Part shown: positions 41,596-51,465 of the stretch, one piece after another
How positions within the stretch are numbered: the first letter of the stretch is position 1
Layout: every line of letters starts with the position of its first letter
Assembly (NCBI GenBank): GCA_041577295.1
Contig: JBFGJG010000007.1
Span: 54,923-118,922, forward strand
From: Gemmatimonadales bacterium
Lineage (GTDB): Bacteria; Gemmatimonadota; Gemmatimonadetes; Gemmatimonadales; GWC2-71-9
Direction of reading: 5' to 3'
Length of the DNA: 64,000 bases
The notes under the pieces: model-generated
Seen by the model: only the letters and a program-made list of their open reading frames with translations
What the model was told of the DNA's origin: nothing
Database searches by the model: none
Program-made: the position numbers and the translations under genes

Positions 41596-43272
41596 CTACT
41601 TCCCATTCCCCACATGCGCAGCAACTCTATCTGGAAAATACTTGATCAAGCTGTCCGTGATGAGAGGTGCAGCGATCCCCAGGCCGCACGCCGACATCTT
41701 CTTCATGGTGCGGCCGATATCGGTAACCTCATCTATCCAATGAGATACGTTGTCGGGGCCCGCTTGCGTCGCGAGACGCTCAGTGAGCCGCTGAGTGCCG
41801 ATTCGGCAGGGAAAGCACTTCCCGCACGACTCCTCCGCGAAGAACTCCATGGCGCTGTGAGCCATGTCGACCATGTCGCGACTGTCATCGAATACCATGA
41901 TGCCGCCTGCGCCGAGGAAGGATCCCTTGGAACGGATACTCGGCTCATCGAGCGTGACGTCGAGATCAGTTCCGGCGAGGAAACCGCCCGAGAGACCGGC
42001 CATCGTGACCGCTTGAATGGTACGGCCAGGGCGCGGCCCACCGGCCCATTCGTGCAATAGTGTGCCCAACGGAAGCCCCAGGGGCACTTCGTAGTTACCG
42101 GGCCGCTGAACGTCTCCGGACAGGCTGATGATTTTTGTTCCGACATGACCGTTTCGGCCGAGGCCGCGGTACCACGCCGCACCCTTACGGACGATCGGGG
42201 GTGCCGATGCGAGGGTTTCGACGTTGTTGACGACCGTGGGAAGGTTCTCATACCCGTGCGTCACGGGAAACGGTGGCCGGTTACGAGGGAACGGATGTTT
42301 GCCTTCGAGACTGTTCAGCAGCGACCCTTCTTCCCCACAGATGTACGCCCCTGCACCACGTCTCATGTACAGGTGAAACGAGAAATCGCTCCCCAGGATT
42401 CCATCACCCAAGAGGCCGGCGCCCTCCGCAGCCGCCAGGGCGCGCTCGAGGATTTGCACTGTCTGCGGATACTCGTAGCGCAGATAAATGAATCCGCGAG
42501 TGGCACCTGTCGCGTACGCGGCCAGGGTCATGCCCTCGATCACCGCGTGAGGGTCGTGATCCATGATTGCGCGGTCTTTGAAGCATCCGGGCTCCCCCTC
42601 GTCCGCATTGCAGACAACCGTTTTGGGCGACCCCGGTGCATCCGCGACCGCCTGCCATTTTCGTCCGGTGGGGAATCCGGCCCCACCTCGACCCGCGAGT
42701 CCTGATTCGTTGATGACGCCAAGTACATCGGCAGGCTTCATGCGTTTGATCGCCTGCTCGAGAGCTTCGTAACCGCCGGTGCGTCGATAGCCGTCGATTG
42801 TCGTACGGCCTGGCTCGCGGATCGCCGCGAATACGCATTCCTCGGTCTCCCCGGGGTTGGGTGGCGGCAGCGGAGACGGCCGATTTTCCAGGTTCCCGCT
42901 CTGTGTGCCTACCACCACCTCGTCACCCCGAAGCACCGGTATGGGTTCGTCGCAGCGACCCGCGCAGGGCATCGGTGTCGCCCCTTCGTTGCCGAGACTC
43001 GCGAGGAGAGCGTCGGCACCCGCGAGCTGGCAGATGGGGCCGGTGCACACGCGCGGCGTGGCGCGTCGCTGCGGCTCACGTGCGAAGTGGTGGTAAAAGG
43101 TGATGGTGCCATAGAGATCGGCGATGGGGATACGGAGACCTTTCGCGACGGCCCGCATCGCCTCCTCCGACAAGTAGCCATCCCGCTCGTGCACGGCGTG
43201 CAACACGGCCAGCAGTGGAGCTGGTTCGTGGCGCCAGCGATCTATCAGTTCCTGGTTGGACGGAACCGGCAT
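41596..43272 (-). CDS. Fused NuoE-NuoF (FdsG-FdsB-like) FMN/NAD(H)-binding diaphorase subunit
   Basis: NuoE part with CTGPIC...CAGRC; NuoF part with GRGGAGFP, NADEGEPG, YICGEE and CGKCFPC...C. Confidence 0.92.
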   Translation of the reverse strand: MPVPSNQELIDRWRHEPAPLLAVLHAVHERDGYLSEEAMRAVAKGLRIPIADLYGTITFYHHFAREPQRRATPRVCTGPICQLAGADALLASLGNEGATPMPCAGRCDEPIPVLRGDEVVVGTQSGNLENRPSPLPPPNPGETEECVFAAIREPGRTTIDGYRRTGGYEALEQAIKRMKPADVLGVINESGLAGRGGAGFPTGRKWQAVADAPGSPKTVVCNADEGEPGCFKDRAIMDHDPHAVIEGMTLAAYATGATRGFIYLRYEYPQTVQILERALAAAEGAGLLGDGILGSDFSFHLYMRRGAGAYICGEEGSLLNSLEGKHPFPRNRPPFPVTHGYENLPTVVNNVETLASAPPIVRKGAAWYRGLGRNGHVGTKIISLSGDVQRPGNYEVPLGLPLGTLLHEWAGGPRPGRTIQAVTMAGLSGGFLAGTDLDVTLDEPSIRSKGSFLGAGGIMVFDDSRDMVDMAHSAMEFFAEESCGKCFPCRIGTQRLTERLATQAGPDNVSHWIDEVTDIGRTMKKMSACGLGIAAPLITDSLIKYFPDRVAAHVGNGK

Positions 43273-43380
43273 CGCATCTCCGAGGGCAATGGATGGAGCC
43301 TGCTGAGGGGCCGACGACTTCTCTTCATTAATTGTAACGCCTCGAAGCCAGAGAGGCAGGAGAGGCAGGAATTGATGCGG

Positions 43381-43590
43381 TCAGGACTTTGTCTGCGCTC
43401 TTGATCCCGCGGCAATCATCGAATCTAGGACAGCCGCTATCCCCTCCGCTTCGACCCGATCCCGCTGCCGGGCCAGGTCCTCCTTCATTCGCGCCACCCA
43501 AGCCGTGAACCGCGGGTCATCGCGCACCGGTTCAAACGTCGGATCCTGGGCCAAGCTCCAGTACCAGCGGTATCCACCGTTGCGAATCTG
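43381..43590 (-). pseudogene. Probable C-terminal remnant of a TPR-tail protein
   Basis: 'GGYRWYWSLAQDPTFEPVRDDPRF..WVARM' resembles the DP.F..LR.DPRF tail of TolB-like/TPR kinases and cyclases. No upstream body is present. Confidence 0.45.
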
Positions 43591-43688
43591 GAGTTTCAAA
43601 CGCAGAATCGCTAACCAATAACGCATACGCCGCGTACACCACGTGATGGGGGTATCGATTGGCGACCAGCGTTCGACCTACTCCCTGC

Positions 43689-44513
43689 TCACTGCTTTAG
43701 ATGTTGTTCCCCCGCGTACACGTTGAACTGATCGCCACGGGAAAACCCCACCAGCAGCATCCCCAGCTCGTTCGCGAGGTCGACCGCCAACGTGGAAGGT
43801 GCAGACACCCCGACTACCCCGCCTATGCCGGCGACCCCGGCTTTCTGAACGATCTCGAAGCTCTGGCGTCCGGAGACAACGAGCACCGATGGCGATATGG
43901 GCCAGGATTGCCGAGCTGCGGCGCCGATGGCCTTGTCGACCGCATTGTGGCGACCCACATCTTCGCGCACGGTGATTGGTACGCCGTCTAAGCGGAATAG
44001 GCCCGCGGCGTGAAGCCCACCGGTCGTGTCGAACGTCGGCTGATGATGGCGTAACCGCCCAGTGAGACTGGCAAGAACCTCACGCTGAATGAAGAACGTG
44101 GGTGCTGGACGCGCAAACAGTTGAACGGCTTCGATCGAGGCCTTGCCACACACTCCACAGGAGCTGGACATGAATAGGTTGCGCTGGAATCGTGTCGGGT
44201 CGACTTCGACATCGGGACGCAGCTCGACAGAGACGCGGGACTCGTCAATACGCTCGATGCGATCGACCTCGCTGGGCGTCAACAGTATTCCCTCGGTGAT
44301 CAGAAAGCCGTACACCAAGTCCTCGTCGTCGCCCGGCGTTCGCATGACAACGGCAAGCGGAACATCACGCAGCCGAATCTCGAGGGGATCCTCGATGGCC
44401 ACGTGATCGACAACTCGTTCGACATCCGCTCCGCCGTGACGAAGCACGTCCACGGAACGTCCTCGTACGTCGGACGCTGCGCCGTGTGACTTCGGGTTAT
44501 TGGTACCGGGCAC
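43689..44513 (-). CDS. fdhD: Formate dehydrogenase accessory sulfurtransferase FdhD
   Basis: MRTPG, SSCGVCGK, TGGLHAA, REDVGRHNAVDK and SAPSTLA. Confidence 0.95.
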   Translation of the reverse strand: MPGTNNPKSHGAASDVRGRSVDVLRHGGADVERVVDHVAIEDPLEIRLRDVPLAVVMRTPGDDEDLVYGFLITEGILLTPSEVDRIERIDESRVSVELRPDVEVDPTRFQRNLFMSSSCGVCGKASIEAVQLFARPAPTFFIQREVLASLTGRLRHHQPTFDTTGGLHAAGLFRLDGVPITVREDVGRHNAVDKAIGAAARQSWPISPSVLVVSGRQSFEIVQKAGVAGIGGVVGVSAPSTLAVDLANELGMLLVGFSRGDQFNVYAGEQHLKQ

Positions 44514-44551
44514 TAGATTTCTCTACGAACTCGGTAATCGGGCAACAGGAT

Positions 44552-44633
44552 CGTTTGCCTCTTCTGCCTCCTCTGCTTCCCCCGCCTCCCGCGCAGGCGG
44601 CAGAAGGGGCAGAGGAGGCTGAAGAGGCAAACG
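44552..44633. repeat. Long hairpin built from inverted 9-nt repeats
   Basis: CGTTTGCCTCTTC/GAAGAGGCAAACG (13 bp) plus GCCTCCTCTGC/GCAGAGGAGGC (11 bp), between divergent fdhD and redoxin genes. Confidence 0.75.
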
Positions 44634-44662
44634 TTACTTGGTACATCATCGGAGTCTCACTA

Positions 44663-45244
44663 ATGGTAGCCACCCCTTCGACCATGCTTCCGCTGGGAAC
44701 GACGATTCCCCAATTCTCGCTCCCTAATGCCGTAGATGGCCGGCTCGTCACGCCTGGTGATTTCCGTGACAACCGTGCCTTGCTCGTCATGTTCATCTGC
44801 AATCACTGTCCATTCGTGAAGCACGTCAAGGACGAGATCAGACGCTTGGCCAAGACGTACTTGCCAAAGGGGGTCGGCATCGTCGCGATCAATTCGAACG
44901 ACGTGGATAAATACCCGCAGGACGGTCCCGCGGAGATGAAGACGCTGGCACTGGCCGAGCACTGGGAGTTTCCTTTTCTGTTCGATGAGACACAAGAGGT
45001 CGCGAAGTCGTTCCACGCGGCCTGTACGCCGGACTTCTTTGTGTTTGACAGGGAGCACAAGCTGCGTTACAGAGGGCAATTAGACGACAGCCGGCCCGGG
45101 AACACCTTCCCGCTGGACGGCCGGGATCTTCGAGCGGCGCTCGACGCCGTTCTGGCGGACAGAGAAGTAGACGAGGATCAAAGCCCCAGCGTGGGGTGCA
45201 ACATCAAGTGGAAGCCGGGTAACGAGCCCGAGTACTTCAAGTGA
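44663..45244 (+). CDS. Thioredoxin-fold AhpC/TSA (PRX-like1) redoxin
   Basis: MFICNHCPFV, AACTPDFF, YRGQLDDSRP and GCNIKW. Confidence 0.92.
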   Translation: MVATPSTMLPLGTTIPQFSLPNAVDGRLVTPGDFRDNRALLVMFICNHCPFVKHVKDEIRRLAKTYLPKGVGIVAINSNDVDKYPQDGPAEMKTLALAEHWEFPFLFDETQEVAKSFHAACTPDFFVFDREHKLRYRGQLDDSRPGNTFPLDGRDLRAALDAVLADREVDEDQSPSVGCNIKWKPGNEPEYFK

Positions 45245-45247
45245 TCT

Positions 45248-45314
45248 GGAGTGAGTAGGGGTAGTCCAGGGAGTGGGATAGTGGTGCGACCCACTCCCTA
45301 CTCACCACTCCCCT
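45248..45314. repeat. Inverted 7-nt repeat element between convergent genes
   Basis: GGAGTGAGTAGGG..GGGAGTGGG ... CCCACTCCC TACTCAC CACTCC. Confidence 0.65.
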
Positions 45315-46576
45315 CAGTGCCCGCCTTCGCGCAGGTAGTCCAGTAACAGATTGGCCATCACGCGGATCCCGATCGGGACGGCTTCGTCGTCAGCCATAAA
45401 GTTGGAGGTGTGATGGTTTCCTGAGACCGTCCCGGGCTTGAGTGTGCCGAGCCGGTAGTAGAACCCTGGAATCACGTTCGCGAAGTATGAAAAATCTTCG
45501 GCTACCGTCGCCGGCTCCAGTACCTGGACCTTATCGCTTCCCAGCACCTCAGCCATCCGCGGACCCGCCCATTCCGACAATGTCACATCGTTGATCGTCG
45601 CGGGAGTGCCCCGGTCATAGGTAAGCACGTAGCTCCCACCACCCGCTCGTGTGATCCCGGAGAGGATCTCGTTCATGCGCTGCTCGACGAGGTCTTGGAT
45701 ATCCGACCCGTAGCTCCGTACTGTTCCCTCGAACGACACTTCATCTGGGATGATATTGAAACGCGTCCCACCACGGATCAGGCCCACGGTGACCACGCCC
45801 GGAGCGAGCGGTGGCATGTTCCGGGAACGAATCGTCTGGAGCATCGTCACGGCGTGCGCGGCCATGACGATCGGGTCTGCGCCGAGGTGGGGTGACGCGC
45901 CGTGTGATCCCTTACCCCGAATGGTGACGGTGAATCGATCGGCAGCGGCCAGCGCCGGACCTGGAGTGTAACCCGCCATCCCCACCGGCATGTCCCACAG
46001 GGTGTGGAGTCCGAAGATCGCCCTCGGTCGGGGATTCTCGAGCACCCCCTCCCTTACCATCATATCCGCGCCTCCGTCCTCCCCAGGCGGTGCGCCCTCC
46101 TCTGCCGGTTGAAAGATGAACTTGATGGTGCCCGGAATCTCCTCACGCATCGAGGATAGCACGGACGCAACCCCGAGCTGTACGGCAACGTGTATGTCGT
46201 GACCGCAGGCGTGCGAGACGCCCACCTCCTGACCTTGGAACGTCGTGCGCACGGTGGACTTGAAGGGGTATGGCGTATCCTCGGTGACTGGAAGCGCATC
46301 CATATCGGCGCGGACGGCGATCACCGGTCCGGGCCGCCCGCCTTCGAGGATCGCGACCACGCCGGTGTGGGCAATGCCGGTGTCCACCCGCTCGAATCCC
46401 AGTCGCCTGAGGTAGTCGGCCACCAACTTCGCCGTCTCGAACTCCCTATTACTTAGTTCGGGGTTTTGGTGCAAATGATGACGTATTTCGATGATCCCAG
46501 GCGTAATCCGTGCGAGCGCCGCATCCACACGAGAATCTTGCGCGGTCGCCACACCCGGTACACACAGCAGATACAT
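45314..46576 (-). CDS. M20D amidohydrolase (secreted)
   Basis: HQNPELSNRE, RADMDALP, HACGHD, FQPAEEG and AEDFS. The true start may lie slightly upstream because the signal peptide extends into the repeat region. Confidence 0.9.
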   Translation of the reverse strand: MYLLCVPGVATAQDSRVDAALARITPGIIEIRHHLHQNPELSNREFETAKLVADYLRRLGFERVDTGIAHTGVVAILEGGRPGPVIAVRADMDALPVTEDTPYPFKSTVRTTFQGQEVGVSHACGHDIHVAVQLGVASVLSSMREEIPGTIKFIFQPAEEGAPPGEDGGADMMVREGVLENPRPRAIFGLHTLWDMPVGMAGYTPGPALAAADRFTVTIRGKGSHGASPHLGADPIVMAAHAVTMLQTIRSRNMPPLAPGVVTVGLIRGGTRFNIIPDEVSFEGTVRSYGSDIQDLVEQRMNEILSGITRAGGGSYVLTYDRGTPATINDVTLSEWAGPRMAEVLGSDKVQVLEPATVAEDFSYFANVIPGFYYRLGTLKPGTVSGNHHTSNFMADDEAVPIGIRVMANLLLDYLREGGH

Positions 46577-46649
46577 GAGGGAGACAGCGCATCCCAGCCG
46601 TAGGGAAGAATGACTCCCCGTCGTCGCACGTGGAGTACCGCCCCGCTCA

Positions 46650-46740
46650 CCTCCGTGTCCTCCGTACCCCTCTGTGTGCTCAGTGGCATTGGGGAATGAG
46701 AGAGAGGGGATAGAGGGGATAGAAGGGATGAAAGGAATGG
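46650..46740. repeat. Two 9-nt tandem repeat arrays
   Basis: CCTCCGTGT CCTCCGTAC CCCTCTGTG TGCTCAGTG and GAGGGGATA GAGGGGATA GAAGGGATG AAAGGAATG. Confidence 0.7.
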
Positions 46741-46956
46741 CGTCTCGGAACATCGTCGGACTCCGCACAGTATCGTTGGGTAAGCTGGGATGAGTCGTGA
46801 GAAATTCTATCCCCGCAAGTGGGGACGGCGCCAGGCGCTCGCAAAAACGTGCTACTGCTTGACGCGCGATCTGTCGTACGGTATCCCCCAGCGTTTAATT
46901 TGTAGGATAGTTTCCCAGGGCTGCAGCCCAGTTCTCGAGTGCCAGTGGAGGTCATC

Positions 46957-49701
46957 ATGATGCGCCTGATCAGTGCCTTTATGAGCGGCGCTGGGTTCCT
47001 TGCCCTGAGTGGTTGCGTACAGGTCTACGCGCCCCCCCAACCAGCACCCGCCACCACGGCGGTGGCCACGACCTCCACTAAAGACAGCGCGTCTGCGGAA
47101 AAGGAGAAGAGCGACCCCTTCAAGCCATGGAAAGAGGCGGTTAAGGACACGCGCACCATCGACGGCTTCCTGACGTTCCGCCTCAAACGCGATAACACGT
47201 TGTTCCTCGAGCTTCGTCCCGCTCAGCTGGGGATGGAGTTTGGCATGGTCATGCATTACAGCCGGGGAATTGGGGACTTCAATGTCCACGATGGGCTGTA
47301 TTTGGATGACACCCATCTCCTGCGGCTCGATAGACATGGCGATCAGGTGTACTTGGTGCGAGTGAACCCGAGGTTCACCGCCGCACCGGGGTCGCCGATG
47401 CGCGCCTCGCTCCAAGACAATGTGGGCCATTCGATCCTCGCGGCATTCAAGATCGAGTCAGAGCACGATACCACAAAAGCGGTCTTGATCGACGTTACCA
47501 CCTTCTTCGTGTCCGACTATCCGGACGTCGCACGGTGGATCAAGCTCTACTACGGAAACAAATCCGTGAGCTTCGACAAGGCACGAAGCTTTGTCGAAGG
47601 TATTCGCGGCTTCCCCAAGAACGTCGAGATCGACGCGGCCATGACGTTTCAGTCCGGTGACCTCCCCGTCATCGGTGGTGAGGGTGTGTCGGACTACCGT
47701 TCGATACCGCTCGGCATCCGATATTCGCTGTTTGCGTTACCTGACGTGCCCATGCAACGTCGTCTCGCCGACGATCGGATTGGGTTCTTCCTGGATGCTC
47801 AGCGAGACTTCTCGCGGGACCGGGAAGAGACCACCTTTGTGCGATACGTGACGCGGTGGCGTCTCGAGAAAAAGGACCCCACGCAGGAGCTCTCGGAACC
47901 GGTTCAGCCAATCGTCTACTACGTCGATCGCAGCGTACCGCTTGAGTACCGGCGGTACGTGCGCGAGGGAATCGAAGCGTGGAACAAGGCGTTTGAGGCC
48001 GCGGGATTCAAGAACGCGATCGTCGCGCGTGATGCTCCGGATGACAGCACCTGGAGTGCGGAGGACGTGCGCTACTCAACCGTGCGCTGGACCGCGGCGC
48101 ACCGAATGGGTTACGCCATCGGGCCGTCCCAAACGGATCCACGCACCGGTGAGATTCTGAATGCCGACATTCTCGTGTCGTGGAGCTTTGTGCAGGGCTG
48201 GTTATACGAATGGCAAGAGTTGGCTGGGCCGGACGCGCTGATTCGCCGATTCCGCGAAGCGATCCGACTGCAGGGAGCACTTCCTCCCTCGATCGCGCAA
48301 CGCATCTGCTACGCACAGTTCGGGATGCAGCACCAGTTGGGGATGCAGCACGCGATGCTCGTGGGTCTCGGTGTGCTCGACGGAGGCCAACCCCTCCCAG
48401 AGAAGTACCTCGGCGACGCGATTCGTGATCTAATCATGCACGAAGTCGGACATACCCTCGGTTTGCGGCACAACTTCAAGGGGTCATCGGGGATTCCGCG
48501 CGCCCGTCTCAACGACACGACGTTTACGCGGGAGCACGGTGTGACACTCTCGGTAATGGACTACGGTCCCGTGAATGTTGCCGTTGATCCAGCGAAGCAG
48601 GGATTCTATTGGAACCAGGGGGTGGGGACATACGACGTGTGGACGATGCAATACGGGTACACACCAATTCACTCATCCGCTGCAAGCAGTTCCGGCTGGT
48701 CGGCGGGGCAGTCGGTTACAAGACCGCAAGATGAGCTCCCGATGCTGCAAAGCATCGCGCAGCGGGCATCCGAGCCGCTTCATACCTTTGGCACGGACGA
48801 GGACAATTGGCTTGGGCCGTGGGCCCTCGATCCTCACACTAGCGCGTGGGATCTCGGGTCCAGCCCAGTTGGGTATGCGAGCGATCGTATAGCGGTGATC
48901 GAACGGGTGCTGCCGAGGCTAGAGCATCGACTCATCGGTGAGGGTGAGGGATATCAACGCCTGCGTGGCGCAACGACGGGACTGCTGTTCGAGCAATTCA
49001 TAGCGATGCTCCCGGTCACCAAAGTCGTCGGCGGTATGGAAGTATCGCGGGCCCACAAAGGTGATCCCGGGGCGAAGCCTCCGTTTCGTCCCCTACCCGC
49101 AGCGGAGCAGCGCGCGGCGGTGCAGCTCTTGGCCGACGAGGTGTTCGCTGAGGGGGCGTTCGATATCGAGCCGTCGTATCTCAACAAGCTCGCACCGAAT
49201 CGGTGGGCCCATTGGGGCGTTCCCTGGTTTGCGGTGCCGGTCGACTACCCCATTCATAGCTATGTCGCGTTTGTTCAATTGGCGCTATTGAATGAGCTGC
49301 TGAGCCCGCCCCGCCTTACCCGGATGATCGACAACGAAGCGCGGGTACCCGTCGGCACGGAGCCGTACCGGGTGAGCGAGCTGCTCGGGACGCTAACGTC
49401 CGTTACGTGGTCGGAGCTTGGCACCTTGCCGGAGCGCGCCCGGTCGATCGATTCATTTCGACGCAACCTGCAACGGGGGTTCATCGACGAGTTCACACTG
49501 TTGCTTCGGGCGGATAACGTCGGTGTTCCCGAGGATGCACGTGCGATCGTGCGCTTCGAGCTGACCCGCTTGGCCGAGCGAATCGAAGGGGTGTTGGCAT
49601 CCGCTCCCCCGCTCGACACGACTACACGTGCGCATCTTGCGGAATCCAAAGCTCGGATCGATCAAGCGCTCTCGATATCACTCACGATTCCACTCAGGTA
49701 G
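46957..49701 (+). CDS. Zinc-dependent metalloprotease lipoprotein (DUF5117/DUF4953, EcxA-like)
   Basis: Lipobox LALSGC; RLADDRIGFF, GIEAWNKAFE, DPRTGEIL, the zincin HEVGHTLGLRHN and the SVMDY Met-turn. Confidence 0.92.
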   Translation: MMRLISAFMSGAGFLALSGCVQVYAPPQPAPATTAVATTSTKDSASAEKEKSDPFKPWKEAVKDTRTIDGFLTFRLKRDNTLFLELRPAQLGMEFGMVMHYSRGIGDFNVHDGLYLDDTHLLRLDRHGDQVYLVRVNPRFTAAPGSPMRASLQDNVGHSILAAFKIESEHDTTKAVLIDVTTFFVSDYPDVARWIKLYYGNKSVSFDKARSFVEGIRGFPKNVEIDAAMTFQSGDLPVIGGEGVSDYRSIPLGIRYSLFALPDVPMQRRLADDRIGFFLDAQRDFSRDREETTFVRYVTRWRLEKKDPTQELSEPVQPIVYYVDRSVPLEYRRYVREGIEAWNKAFEAAGFKNAIVARDAPDDSTWSAEDVRYSTVRWTAAHRMGYAIGPSQTDPRTGEILNADILVSWSFVQGWLYEWQELAGPDALIRRFREAIRLQGALPPSIAQRICYAQFGMQHQLGMQHAMLVGLGVLDGGQPLPEKYLGDAIRDLIMHEVGHTLGLRHNFKGSSGIPRARLNDTTFTREHGVTLSVMDYGPVNVAVDPAKQGFYWNQGVGTYDVWTMQYGYTPIHSSAASSSGWSAGQSVTRPQDELPMLQSIAQRASEPLHTFGTDEDNWLGPWALDPHTSAWDLGSSPVGYASDRIAVIERVLPRLEHRLIGEGEGYQRLRGATTGLLFEQFIAMLPVTKVVGGMEVSRAHKGDPGAKPPFRPLPAAEQRAAVQLLADEVFAEGAFDIEPSYLNKLAPNRWAHWGVPWFAVPVDYPIHSYVAFVQLALLNELLSPPRLTRMIDNEARVPVGTEPYRVSELLGTLTSVTWSELGTLPERARSIDSFRRNLQRGFIDEFTLLLRADNVGVPEDARAIVRFELTRLAERIEGVLASAPPLDTTTRAHLAESKARIDQALSISLTIPLR

Positions 49702-49736
49702 CCCGTACGATTCACGGTGAAGAGGGTCCACTCGGT

Positions 49737-50192
49737 ATGACAAAATCCATAGTGCTGGTGGCGGTGATGGGTGTCGCGTGGTTGGGGTGCTCTGCGCGCG
49801 CAGACGTTGCCACGGAAGAATCGGCGTTACTCGAAGCCGATCGGGCCTTTGCTCGAGCGGTGGCTGATTCTGGGGCCAACGGATGGACCGCCTACTTTGC
49901 TTCAGACGGCGTCATGTTTCGCCCCGGCGGCACCGTGGTCGGAAGCGACTCGATCCGCGCCATGGCGACGGCGTGGTTTGCCGATGACACGTTTTCGTTG
50001 ACGTGGGGTCCCACGCATGCTGAGGTCTCGCCTGAGGGCACGCTTGGCTACACCTACGGTCGCTATCAGAGCTCTGGAACGGATTCGGCCGGAAACCCAA
50101 CCATCAGCACAGGCTCCTACCTGACGGTGTGGCGGAAGCAACCCGACGGATCTTGGAAGGTGGCCGCGGATATCGGAAGTCCGGACCGATAG
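49737..50192 (+). CDS. DUF4440/NTF2-like lipoprotein
   Basis: Lipobox WLGC; 'GYTYG.Y...GSYLTVWRKQPDGSWKV..DI'. Confidence 0.85.
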   Translation: MTKSIVLVAVMGVAWLGCSARADVATEESALLEADRAFARAVADSGANGWTAYFASDGVMFRPGGTVVGSDSIRAMATAWFADDTFSLTWGPTHAEVSPEGTLGYTYGRYQSSGTDSAGNPTISTGSYLTVWRKQPDGSWKVAADIGSPDR

Positions 50193-50277
50193 GACGGAAA
50201 GACGGAGAGACGGAAGGTCGGAAGGTGTTTTCCTGCAGATGTCCCCGACCTTCCCTCTTTTCAACCTTCCGCCCTCA
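50190..50277. repeat. Inverted pair of 8-nt repeat arrays between convergent genes
   Basis: GGACGGAA AGACGGAG AGACGGAA GGTCGGAA GG ... CCTGCAGAT ... CCTTCCCT CTTTTCAA CCTTCCGC CC. Confidence 0.75.
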
Positions 50278-51465
50278 AAACGCCAACACGACCGCCCGCA
50301 CGCCAAGCACTGCACTCAGCAGTACAACCACCGCACCTGCCACGTTGCCTTTCCATCCGTTGACGTGAACGCCTAGACGACTGCGGTCGTTCATCGCGAT
50401 TACAAGGACGAGCGCGATGATGGGCAGGATGAGACCGTTGACGACCTGGGCGAACACGATAAGCGGGATCGGTCGGAGCCCAATGAGCGCGAGCGCCGCC
50501 CCGACCCCGACACAGCCGAGCGATACGGTACGTGCGAGACCGGTACGCACGTTACGACCGCGTCCCAGAGCATCGAGCACCGTGTAGGCGGCGGCCAGCG
50601 GGGCGGTTATGGCGGACGAGATTCCGGCTGCCGCATAGCCGAGCACGAAGGCGTGGCCGGCCCACGGTCCGAGTAACGGTTCGAGCTGTGCAGCCATGTC
50701 GGACGCGTTTTCCACCGCGGCACCGTCGAGTGCCGCGGCCGCCGTGACGACGATGGCCGCGGAAACGATCCCTCCGAGACCGATAGCGAGCACGAGGTCG
50801 AGACGTGCGGCGTTGAGATCTTCCGGGCCCTGCCATCGCTCGCGTACGGCCGCGGCATGCAGGAAGAGGTTGTACGGGACGATTGTGGTTCCGACCAGCG
50901 CGAGGGCAGTGAGATCTGCTCCGGTCGGCAGACGGAATCCGAACAGCCCGCTCGCGAGCTCCGTAATTCTTGGCGCCACCATCACGGCCGTTGCCAGAAA
51001 GACCAGTCCCATGACGGCCACGCAGGTAGCGAGCACGCGTTCGACGATTCGGTATTGGCCGGTCCACAACAAACCGGCAGCCACGAGCGATCCGATCGCC
51101 GCCCACGTGGAAAGCGGGAGACCGGTGGCCGCCTCGAGCCCAAGGGCAGCTCCCGTCAGATTTCCCGCTTCGTACGCCGCGGCACCGCTCACGATCGCGG
51201 TGGCTGCAAGGCCGGCAAGCGCCACTCCGATCCACGGAGCCTTTCCCACTGACCTTAGCGCTTGTCCCAGGCCGCTTCCGGTCGTCAGGCCCAAGCGCGC
51301 GCTCATCTCTTGGAGGACGATGGTGGCAACCGTCGCGAACAGCAGTGCCCAGAGAAGAGTCGAGCCGTGGTTGGCCCCGGCGACCGTCGCGGCGGTGACG
51401 GTACCGGGTCCGATGAAGGCTGCGGTCACGACGAGGCCCGGTCCGATGCCCCGCCACGACCTCAC
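50275..51465 (-). CDS. Nramp-family divalent metal transporter (YcsG-like)
   Basis: GPGLVVTAAFIGPG, QEMSARLG and GTTIVPYNLFLH. Confidence 0.88.
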   Translation of the reverse strand: MRSWRGIGPGLVVTAAFIGPGTVTAATVAGANHGSTLLWALLFATVATIVLQEMSARLGLTTGSGLGQALRSVGKAPWIGVALAGLAATAIVSGAAAYEAGNLTGAALGLEAATGLPLSTWAAIGSLVAAGLLWTGQYRIVERVLATCVAVMGLVFLATAVMVAPRITELASGLFGFRLPTGADLTALALVGTTIVPYNLFLHAAAVRERWQGPEDLNAARLDLVLAIGLGGIVSAAIVVTAAAALDGAAVENASDMAAQLEPLLGPWAGHAFVLGYAAAGISSAITAPLAAAYTVLDALGRGRNVRTGLARTVSLGCVGVGAALALIGLRPIPLIVFAQVVNGLILPIIALVLVIAMNDRSRLGVHVNGWKGNVAGAVVVLLSAVLGVRAVVLAF

